Origin: Ferroglobus placidus DSM 10642
GTDB lineage: Archaea > Halobacteriota > Archaeoglobi > Archaeoglobales > Archaeoglobaceae
DNA: 32,000 nucleotides
Direction of reading: 5' to 3'
Assembly (NCBI RefSeq): GCF_000025505.1
Contig: NC_013849.1
Span: forward strand, 1,920,001-1,952,000
Both the position numbers and the translations under genes were made by a program. How positions within the stretch are numbered: position 1 is the first letter of the stretch; each line of letters opens with the position of its first letter. The notes below the pieces were generated by a model. It worked only from the letters and a program-made list of their open reading frames with translations, searched no databases and was not told where the DNA came from. This document shows, piece by piece, positions 25,752-32,000 of the stretch.

Positions 25752-25994
25752 TTAATTTCCACCGGAAATAACCCTCAGGACTTTAACTTCTCCCTCTTCA
25801 ACTTTACTGTCGACGGGAATTGGAGAATCACCTTTGACAATAACGACTGTTTCGGGATTTATTCCAAGACTTTCGAGAACGTCGCTATAGGTTTTATCCC
25901 CCTCCACTTCAACGACCTTCTCTTTTTCGGGAAAACCTCCTAAGAATTTAAAAAGAATTTTAATCTTCTGGGAGGATTTCTTTTGCGACTTCAT
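25752..25994 (-). CDS. Beta-grasp ubiquitin-like protein of the MoaD/ThiS/SAMP family, C-terminus ...VISGG-N
   Basis: IKILFKFLGGFPEKEKVVEVEGDKTYSDVLESLGINPETVVIVKGDSPIPVDSKVEEGEVKVLRVISGGN. A strong SD, AAGGAGG (26001-26007), lies 6 nt before ATG 25994. Confidence 0.65.
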   Translation of the reverse strand: MKSQKKSSQKIKILFKFLGGFPEKEKVVEVEGDKTYSDVLESLGINPETVVIVKGDSPIPVDSKVEEGEVKVLRVISGGN

Positions 25995-26124
25995 GAATTT
26001 CCTCCTTGGCTTCCTCAGCTACTTTCTTCAAATCCTCCACGTTTTTCTTTAAAAGCTTCTCATCCTTCTCGCTCAGCTTCTTTTCGCCCTTTTTCTTGTA
26101 GCTGTCCCAGTCGAACCTCCTCAT
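25960..26124 (-). CDS. Unlisted 54-aa Lys/Glu-rich (coiled-coil-like) ORF
   Basis: The ORF from ATG 26124 reads MRRFDWDSYKKKGEKKLSEKDEKLLKKNVEDLKKVAEEAKEEIHEVAKEILPED*. It is below the 60-aa cut-off of the track, has the codon style of its neighbours, and overlaps the Ubl start by 35 nt. Confidence 0.35.
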   Translation of the reverse strand: MRRFDWDSYKKKGEKKLSEKDEKLLKKNVEDLKKVAEEAKEEIHEVAKEILPED

Positions 26125-26150
26125 ATTCGATCACTGAATAATTTTTTGTG

Positions 26151-26172
26151 AGAAGAAGTATAAATTTCTTCT
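26151..26172. other. 7-bp inverted repeat AGAAGAA-gtataaat-TTCTTCT just downstream of engB
   Basis: Read directly. On the minus strand the loop contains the TATA-like TTTATAC about 37 nt upstream of ATG 26124. Confidence 0.4.
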
Positions 26173-26187
26173 GCTCAAATTTTAAAA

Positions 26188-26766
26188 TCACTTTCTGAAA
26201 ACCCCCATGAGGTCGTGTCTGCCCATTTCCACGAGTTTGCTCTTTAACCACCTTCTAATTCCCTCCACCTCTCCTTTTTTTGCAGAAGTGGGAATTATCT
26301 CCCCTTTAATCCACTTCCTTATCTCCTCGATCACGCTTTCGTTTTCAACCTTGTCGAACTTGTTTGCCGCTACAACCGTTTCTATTCCCAGTTCCTTCAG
26401 AAAGTCGAACATTTCAACTTCAACCGGAATGTAGCCCCTTTTATCCCACCTCTCGGCTATTTCGCAAAAAGCTTTGGCATCTATAACCTCGACCGCGAGC
26501 TTTATTCTGTGAGCGTTCTCCTCTATATACCTCACGACGAAATCCTTTACCTTTTCAGAGAGATTTCTTCCCTTCCACACGTAACCAAATCCGGGTAAAT
26601 CTGTTACAAGCAGATCTCTGTACTGAAGATGATTGGGCTTTATCGTCGTCCCGGGCTTTTTTCCTCTCCTAACTTTAACGCCGAAGAGCTGATAAAAAAG
26701 GGTCGACTTGCCAACGTTGGAGCGCCCGGCAAAGATAATTTCTATGTTAACCCGGCCAGAGCCCAT
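26188..26766 (-). CDS. engB: GTP-binding protein EngB/YihA family
   Basis: G1 GRSNVGKSTL, G3 DLPGFG, G4 NKFD. Confidence 0.85.
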   Translation of the reverse strand: MGSGRVNIEIIFAGRSNVGKSTLFYQLFGVKVRRGKKPGTTIKPNHLQYRDLLVTDLPGFGYVWKGRNLSEKVKDFVVRYIEENAHRIKLAVEVIDAKAFCEIAERWDKRGYIPVEVEMFDFLKELGIETVVAANKFDKVENESVIEEIRKWIKGEIIPTSAKKGEVEGIRRWLKSKLVEMGRHDLMGVFRK

Positions 26767-26923
26767 AATATACGTTTAGAAATATCACAACAGCCCCAAT
26801 TACGAAGCCAAAAGCGATTACGCTCTTTGGACTAATCCTGATCTGCGTCTTCTCTTCTTCAAAATACCTCATTATTCCTGCCGAAGACATCAACGGCGGT
26901 GCTCTTTCCTTCTTCTTAGCCAT
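26747..26923 (-). CDS. secG: Preprotein translocase subunit Sec61beta (archaeal SecG), 58 aa
   Basis: MAKKKERAPPLMSSAGIMRYFEEEKTQIRISPKSVIAFGFVIGAVVIFLNVYYGLWPG shows the SSAGLMRYF signature and a tail-anchor TM. The 115-aa version in the track is an antisense-derived extension. Confidence 0.85.
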   Translation of the reverse strand: MAKKKERAPPLMSSAGIMRYFEEEKTQIRISPKSVIAFGFVIGAVVIFLNVYYGLWPG

Positions 26924-26962
26924 GTGAAAAATTTTTACGAAAGACAATTTAAACCTTTTCCC
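26924..26962. promoter_or_regulatory. 39-bp head-to-head spacer with crossing TATA-like boxes (AAAAATTTTTA and CAATTTAAACC)
   Basis: Each AT box lies about 25-30 nt upstream of the opposite start codon (ATG 26923 minus, ATG 26963 plus). Confidence 0.35.
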
Positions 26963-27916
26963 ATGAAATGCATTTTCGTCGAGAGCGGCGAGACAGGAGA
27001 GATAGTTTTCGAGGAAAACAGAATAGTTTTCGAGCCGAAGAAAGTTGAGCCGAGCTACGTTATTTTCAGAAGTTTCGTAAACGCTCACACTCATCTCGGA
27101 GATAGTGTAGCCAAAGATCCGGAAAGAACGAGTTTGGAGAAACTCGTAGGACCGGGAGGTTACAAGTTTAAGGTTTTAAGTTCTGCCAAGGAGGAAGAGA
27201 TCGTCGAAGAGATGAAAAGATCGATCGAGCTCGCTTATAAGAGCGGAGCAACCGAGGTCTTTGATTTTAGAGAAGGTGGTATTAAAGGATTCGAATTGCT
27301 GACGAGAGCTGATAGGAGAGGGATTGTAAGAGCTTTCACTCGACCGGGTAATTTGGAGGAGGCGGAGATTCTGAGCGAGAAGTCCTACGGATTCGGTTTC
27401 AGCAGCGTTAGGGATCACGATATAAGTTTTCTTGAGGAGTGCAGAGAGATAGCGAAGAAGAAGAAAATTCTCTTCGCAATACACGCTGGGGAGAAGGATA
27501 ACGAGGACGTCGAGGGAGCGATTGCCCTCGAGCCAGACATTCTCGTTCACATGAACATGGCTGAAAAAAGTTTGTTGAAAAAAGCGATGGATGAAGGAAT
27601 TATTATCGTCTCTTGTGCAAGATCTAACGCTTTTTTCGGGCTTTTAAACCTCGAAAATTTGAGAATTCTTTCAGAATACGATAACTGGATGATCGGAACC
27701 GACAACGTCATGATCTCAACACCCTCAATTCTCGACGAGTTCAAATTTCTCTCCTACTTCGTTCCAGAGGAGAAAATTTACAGAGCTGTCGCGAGAGGAA
27801 AAAGCTTTGTTGTGGCGAGAATGGATAAAATACACGGATCGAGAAACTATTTGAGGAGTTTGAAGAGATTAGAAAGCTGCGACATCGTGATGATAGCTGA
27901 AATTGAATTTGGATGA
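26963..27916 (+). CDS. Amidohydrolase superfamily protein (chlorohydrolase/deaminase-like)
   Basis: The metal ligands NAHTHLG, FAIHAGE, LVHMN and IGTDN appear in the canonical order. I moved the start to ATG 26963 (MKCIFVESG). Confidence 0.7.
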   Translation: MKCIFVESGETGEIVFEENRIVFEPKKVEPSYVIFRSFVNAHTHLGDSVAKDPERTSLEKLVGPGGYKFKVLSSAKEEEIVEEMKRSIELAYKSGATEVFDFREGGIKGFELLTRADRRGIVRAFTRPGNLEEAEILSEKSYGFGFSSVRDHDISFLEECREIAKKKKILFAIHAGEKDNEDVEGAIALEPDILVHMNMAEKSLLKKAMDEGIIIVSCARSNAFFGLLNLENLRILSEYDNWMIGTDNVMISTPSILDEFKFLSYFVPEEKIYRAVARGKSFVVARMDKIHGSRNYLRSLKRLESCDIVMIAEIEFG

Positions 27917-27953
27917 AAAACTTATATATTTTCAGACACTTCCCGCTATCGGT

Positions 27954-28790
27954 ATGAAAGCAAAGGACGTTATGACGGAAGATGTCATATTCATCGAGCT
28001 CCCCAACACGAGGGACAAGGTAATAGAACTCTTCAAAAAGCACGGAATCTCGGCTGTTCCGGTGGTTAAAGACGGAAAGCTCGTCGGAATTATTACAAGG
28101 AAGGATATACTGAGAAAGGTTGAAGAGGATCAGGTGGCTTTTCTCATGACTCCGAATCCCACGACAGTCACCCCCGACACAGATTTAAAAGAAGTGGCGA
28201 GGATATTGCTCGACACTCATTTCAGAAGGCTTCCCGTCGTGGAGAACGGAAAACTCGTCGGAATAATTACCGTAAGAGATATTATAGAGAAGATCAGCGA
28301 AATGGGGATAGATAAGCCGGTTAAAGATTTCGTAAATCCCAACGCCGTCTGCGTTTGGCAGGAAACGCCTTTAAACGTTGCCGGAGAAATTATGAGGCTT
28401 GCAAACGTTGAATTCTGTCCGGTTCTCGACGACAACGCTTCTATCGTCGGAGTCATAGATGAGAAAATTCTTTTGACGGAAACTCTGATAGAGGAGTTTC
28501 TCGAATCAACTCAGTACTCCTCTTCCAGCGACTTCGACGACGCTTGGAGCTGGGAATCGATAAGGGACTACAGCGTGAAGTATTTCGAGGTGAGCGTTTT
28601 AAAGCTTCCAAAGGAGCCAGCCAAGAAGTTTATGAAAAAGGCTGTATTCGTTTATCCTCAAACCTCCGTGAGCAAAGCTGCTAAGGAGATGGTGAGGAAC
28701 GATCTCGACTTCATTCCGGTGATAGATGCCAACGGAAGAGTTGTCGGAATTCTGCCAGACAAGAACCTTTTGAGAGTTCTCGTGGAATGA
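27954..28790 (+). CDS. Four-CBS-domain protein
   Basis: Four repeats of the CBS pattern (DVMTEDVIFIE..., ISAVPVV.DGKLVGIITRKDILR, RRLPVVENGKLVGIITVRDII, DFIPVIDANGRVVGILPDKNLLR). The TATA-like CTTATATATTTTC at 27921-27933 supports ATG 27954. Confidence 0.8.
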   Translation: MKAKDVMTEDVIFIELPNTRDKVIELFKKHGISAVPVVKDGKLVGIITRKDILRKVEEDQVAFLMTPNPTTVTPDTDLKEVARILLDTHFRRLPVVENGKLVGIITVRDIIEKISEMGIDKPVKDFVNPNAVCVWQETPLNVAGEIMRLANVEFCPVLDDNASIVGVIDEKILLTETLIEEFLESTQYSSSSDFDDAWSWESIRDYSVKYFEVSVLKLPKEPAKKFMKKAVFVYPQTSVSKAAKEMVRNDLDFIPVIDANGRVVGILPDKNLLRVLVE

Positions 28791-29410
28791 GAAGCAAGAG
28801 TGAAATCAGGGAAGAGGTTTGGAGGAAAATAGAGAAATTTTCCAAATTCCCTCCCCCAAGGGGTAGAATCCCAAACTTTGTTGGGGCTGAAAAAGCCTGC
28901 GAAAAGCTTAGAGAATTGAAAGAGTACAGAGAAGCGAAGGTCGTATTCGTCGCTCCGGATTCTCCTTTACTCAGGGCGAGGCAAATAGTTCTCGAAGACG
29001 GCAAGATCTTAGTCGTTCCAAAACCGAGATTTGCTGGAATAATAGTCGTGGACAAGAAGATAAATCCGACGATCTCCAACATGATGAAGTTTGGAAGGGA
29101 AGTTGACATAGAAGAATTAAAGATGATCGGTAAGGTGGACGTTTTCGTTCAGGGGTGCGTTGCGGTCGACTTAAACGGGAACAGGATAGGAAAGGGAACA
29201 GGATACGGGGACAGGGAATACCACTTTCTAAAGGAGAACGGTCTCATCGAAAATGCTCTCTACGCTGTAGTTTGCCACGAAATCCAAATTTACGAGGACT
29301 TCTCCCATTTAGCTGAAGAGCACGACGTTAAGTGCGACGTAATCTTAACTCCAGAAAGGATCCTCTGGACGAAAGAAGCTCTAAGACGTGGTAAATCACC
29401 TCGTCCTTAA
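28787..29410 (+). CDS. 5-formyltetrahydrofolate cyclo-ligase family protein
   Basis: KSEIREEVWRKI..., VFVAPDSP and GKGTGYGDREY (the GxGxGYYDR-like motif). Confidence 0.65.
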   Translation: MRSKSEIREEVWRKIEKFSKFPPPRGRIPNFVGAEKACEKLRELKEYREAKVVFVAPDSPLLRARQIVLEDGKILVVPKPRFAGIIVVDKKINPTISNMMKFGREVDIEELKMIGKVDVFVQGCVAVDLNGNRIGKGTGYGDREYHFLKENGLIENALYAVVCHEIQIYEDFSHLAEEHDVKCDVILTPERILWTKEALRRGKSPRP

Positions 29411-29942
29411 CTTCTTCCAAGCTTTTCGAAGCGTCGACAACTCTTATTTCCGGTCGCTTGATGGATAAGAAGATCTCCCGAACCTTTTTAAGGTATTCGA
29501 GCTCCTCGAAGGGCGTCAGCTTCTTCCTGTTTTTTATCCTTTTTAACGCAATCTCAGGCTCTACGTCGAGAATGATCGTCAAGTCCGGAACAGGAGCGAT
29601 GCTTTCGTTCACTTTCAGAATCTCCTCCGGATCTAAACCTCTCGCCCCTTGATATGCGACGCTCGAATAGTAGTATCTGTCCATTATAACCGAAATGCCC
29701 TTGTTCAAAGCGGGAAGGATGTTCTTCTCGACGTCCTCCTTTCTGTCGAGGATGAAGAGTTCGAGCTCTTTCTCTGGATCGAACCTTTTTTCAGACTCTT
29801 TTATAATTTTTCCGTACTTTCCCTCGGTCGGCTCCTTTAAGACTATCGCCGGAATTCCGAGTTTGAGAAGTTCTTCTCTTACGAAGTTCGCTATCGTCGT
29901 TTTTCCAGCACCGTCAATTCCCTCAACAGCTATCAGGTACAC
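29328..29942 (-). CDS. tmk: Thymidylate kinase
   Basis: P-loop AVEGIDGAGKTT, DRYYYSS (the DRY motif) and a lid region. Confidence 0.9.
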   Translation of the reverse strand: MYLIAVEGIDGAGKTTIANFVREELLKLGIPAIVLKEPTEGKYGKIIKESEKRFDPEKELELFILDRKEDVEKNILPALNKGISVIMDRYYYSSVAYQGARGLDPEEILKVNESIAPVPDLTIILDVEPEIALKRIKNRKKLTPFEELEYLKKVREIFLSIKRPEIRVVDASKSLEEVKDEVIYHVLELLSSRGSFLELRLRRT

Positions 29943-29979
29943 GAAAGCCAGAAATACTATCTCAAATATAACTTTTCCT

Positions 29980-30549
29980 ATGATCGAAGAAGCAATTAAA
30001 ATTGGAAAGAAGCTCGCTGCTTACGGGTTAATAGACGGTGCGAGCGGAAATTTGAGCTTTAGAAAAGGTGGAAAAATAGTAATAACGAAAACCGGAGTTG
30101 TTCTGGACGAGTTAACGGAAGAGGACTTCGTTGAAGTGGAAATCGGAAAGAAGGAGGATGAGGCTTCTTCGGATTTGTACGTGCACGAGAGAATTTACGA
30201 AGAAACCGACTATAAAGCTGTTCTCCACTGCCACGGAGTTTACGGAGTTACTCTCTCCTTATTCTTCGACGAGATAATCCCCTTAGATCTGGAAGGAAAA
30301 ATGTTTATTGGCAATCTTAAAATCGTTGAGGGAAGATTTGGCTCCCCCTCCTTAGCTGAGAAAATTGCGAAAAGTGTTAAAGAGAAGGGAATATGCTTGG
30401 TTAGAGGACACGGCATTTATGCAGCTGGCGAGAATTTTGACGAAGCTTTCAAACTTGCAAGCTATTTAGAGCATTCCTGCCAAATCCTCTTCAACTACGA
30501 GGTTTTCCGTAGAGTTCTTGCAAATCCTTACCACGCTTGTAGGCAGTGA
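29980..30549 (+). CDS. Class II aldolase/adducin N-terminal domain protein (FucA/MtnB-like)
   Basis: GASGNLSFR, H-x-H (LHCHGVY) and RGHGIYAAGENFDEAF. The first 95 aa of the listed ORF are antisense to tmk. Confidence 0.7.
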   Translation: MIEEAIKIGKKLAAYGLIDGASGNLSFRKGGKIVITKTGVVLDELTEEDFVEVEIGKKEDEASSDLYVHERIYEETDYKAVLHCHGVYGVTLSLFFDEIIPLDLEGKMFIGNLKIVEGRFGSPSLAEKIAKSVKEKGICLVRGHGIYAAGENFDEAFKLASYLEHSCQILFNYEVFRRVLANPYHACRQ

Positions 30550-30685
30550 GGGAAACGTAAACCCCAAGGAGGAATAATAAGACTGTTAAATACCACATTC
30601 CGAAAAGAAGAGGGAAAGGAGAAACCGCTACGAGCAGAATTCCGAGGAGAAACATTGAAATTATCGAAGCGAACTCCTCTCTCAT
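30491..30685 (-). CDS. Small two-TM membrane protein, 64 aa
   Basis: Two hydrophobic segments, IISMFLLGILLVAVSPFPLLF and WYLTVLLFLLGVYVSL. No family recognised. Confidence 0.4.
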   Translation of the reverse strand: MREEFASIISMFLLGILLVAVSPFPLLFGMWYLTVLLFLLGVYVSLTAYKRGKDLQELYGKPRS

Positions 30686-30736
30686 GCTTTACCCTCGGCA
30701 GAAGAAGTTATTAACCTTTTTATCGAATAGTAGGTC

Positions 30737-31858
30737 ATGAAGATCGTTCACATCTCAGACTTACACTTCGGAGAAGAGCTCGTGAGGAGTAAAGTTGAGA
30801 AGGCTATTAAGCAGATAAACGAAATCGAGCCGGATCTCGTTGTGGTCACTGGAGACTTAAGCTGCTGGGGAATTCACAGCGAATTGAGAGAGGCTTACGA
30901 AGCTCTTGAAAAATTAAAGAGCGATTACTTCGTAGTTCCCGGAAATCACGATGCGAGAAACAACGGAATTGAGTTCTTCGAACTCTACTTTGGCGAGAGG
31001 AAGAAAATTTACAAGGACAGCGAGGTAGTGATAATAGGAGTCGACAGCACCCAGCCGGACATAGACGACGGATACATAGGATTCGAGCAGAGGAGGTGGA
31101 TAGAGGAGAACTTCAGAAAGGATAGGATTAACGTGCTCGCTTTGCACCACCACATAGTTCCAATCCCGGACACCGGAAGAGAGAGAAACGTTCTGATAGA
31201 CGCTGGAGAGGTCGTTGAGATGCTGATAAACCTCGGGTTTGCGTTGGTTTTAGCCGGACACAGGCACATGCCCTACTCAATTAGATTGATGAGGACGCAC
31301 ATAATTCACGCGGGAAGCTTGGGTTCTTTCAAAATCCTCGGCATGCCTGATCACAACTACAACGTAATAGAGCTGAGCGAAGATTACGTGAGCTTGAAGC
31401 TGAAGTTCGTCGACTACGGAGAGATAGACGTCGGAAGATACCAGATAAAAACTGAAGCTCCAGAGTCCGTGGCTATCTACAGGAAAGTTGGAAGACCCAA
31501 AAGGGTTCTCTTCGTTAGCAAAGATGGAGATGCGAGAGTTCAAATGGCTGAGGCATTGTTCAACAAGCTCTCTCCATACAACATGCTCGCTGAAGGGGCT
31601 GGAGTTGATGAGGTGAGCGAAGAGGATAAGGTCGCCAGAGAGGTATTAAATGAGATCGGAGTCGAAATGATATGGAGGAAGAAGAAAATCGACGAGAGGG
31701 ATCTGAAGAACTTCGATTACGTTGTAGAATTCGATGAGCTTGGGTTGGGAGAGACGTGGAAAATCGAGGTTCCAAAAAGCAGAGAAGATTACAGAAGGGT
31801 GAGGGAAGAAATTAGAAGAAAAGTTAACGAGCTCATATCACAGCTCATCGCGATGTAG
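30737..31858 (+). CDS. Fusion protein: calcineurin-like metallophosphoesterase (aa 1-~250) plus a degenerate LMW-PTP/ArsC-like domain (aa ~254-373)
   Basis: MPE motifs are intact: SDLHFG, TGDL, GNHD, LHHH, AGHRH. The C-terminal VLFVSKDGDARVQMAEALF aligns with the LMW-PTP/ArsC P-loop VLFVCxGNxCRSxMAEAxF, with Cys replaced by Ser (codon 31517-31519). Confidence 0.7.
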   Translation: MKIVHISDLHFGEELVRSKVEKAIKQINEIEPDLVVVTGDLSCWGIHSELREAYEALEKLKSDYFVVPGNHDARNNGIEFFELYFGERKKIYKDSEVVIIGVDSTQPDIDDGYIGFEQRRWIEENFRKDRINVLALHHHIVPIPDTGRERNVLIDAGEVVEMLINLGFALVLAGHRHMPYSIRLMRTHIIHAGSLGSFKILGMPDHNYNVIELSEDYVSLKLKFVDYGEIDVGRYQIKTEAPESVAIYRKVGRPKRVLFVSKDGDARVQMAEALFNKLSPYNMLAEGAGVDEVSEEDKVAREVLNEIGVEMIWRKKKIDERDLKNFDYVVEFDELGLGETWKIEVPKSREDYRRVREEIRRKVNELISQLIAM

Positions 31859-31859
31859 C

Positions 31860-32000
31860 ATGAGAACTCTTTTAATCTTTTTGGTTGTTTTGGCGATAAT
31901 CTTCTCTGGATGCGTCGAAGAGAGAAAGAAGGTAGTGTGGGACGTAGATCACAAGCCGGTTTTTCCACCTTCTCATTACTCGAAGCTGATAAGCCAGTTT
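31860..32000 (+). CDS. Partial CDS with a signal peptide and lipobox-like FSGC; runs off the right edge
   Basis: ATG 31860 reads MRTLLIFLVVLAIIFSGCVEERKKVVWDVDHKPVFPPSHYSKLISQF..., open to the end of the window. Confidence 0.45.
   Translation, partial: MRTLLIFLVVLAIIFSGCVEERKKVVWDVDHKPVFPPSHYSKLISQF

Noticed and set aside
26060-26251. A 63-aa ORF spanning the engB 3' end and the downstream spacer.
   Set aside because: It overlaps engB out of frame and has odd composition. The 54-aa ORF at 25960-26124, in a different frame, explains the coding-like signal better.
27886-27950. A C/D-box-sRNA-like string: GTGATGA followed by CTGA, then GGATGA ... CAGA.
   Set aside because: The C to D' spacing is only 3 nt (it should be about 12), there is no proper C' and no terminal CTGA. 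It also lies inside the amidohydrolase 3' end. A second ATGATGA at 29071 likewise lacks D boxes.

Overview
Compact, almost fully coding archaeal chromosome segment. By gene content it looks euryarchaeal and Archaeoglobales-like: a trifunctional TyrA-chorismate mutase-PheA, the DKFP-type aro genes aroA'/aroB', a PGF-CTERM protein and a sulfite-reductase family gene. All calls rest on my own reading and motif recognition; no searches were run. About 50 genes are present, many with 1-20 nt overlaps. Housekeeping content: the conserved rpoE'-spt4-DUF359-S24e-S27ae-kae1-bud32 string, purM, argB, nth, nikR, tRNA-Leu(UAG), thioredoxin, a Trm10-like methyltransferase, kptA, thiL, an aro operon, engB, sec61beta and tmk. 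The ORF track misses several things I recovered by hand. (1) Partial CDSs at both window edges. (2) Three genes whose N- and C-terminal parts lie in different frames, one of them broken at the longest homopolymer of the window (A9). (3) A 54-codon ORF. (4) Several wrong, over-extended starts. Main hunt result: the 229-nt thiL/aro spacer holds a BRE/TATA-like element about 27 nt upstream of a leaderless 27-codon ORF, MLARSDGNLAFRHFFWFTFSFSYRYSF. Ten of its last 17 codons are aromatic, it overlaps a hairpin, and it sits directly upstream of the aromatic amino-acid biosynthesis operon. This is a candidate leader-peptide attenuator, a mechanism I do not know to be established in Archaea. Other notable items: a beta-grasp Ubl ending GG-N, a metallophosphoesterase fused to a catalytically degenerate LMW-PTP/ArsC-like domain, an archaeal SpoVG, a divergent sulfite reductase/TauE pair with a palindrome, an argB-TIM barrel-LOR/SDH-purM operon, and an HDAC-fold protein lacking the catalytic Tyr. 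I saw no CRISPR array, IS element, rRNA or recognisable defence system.
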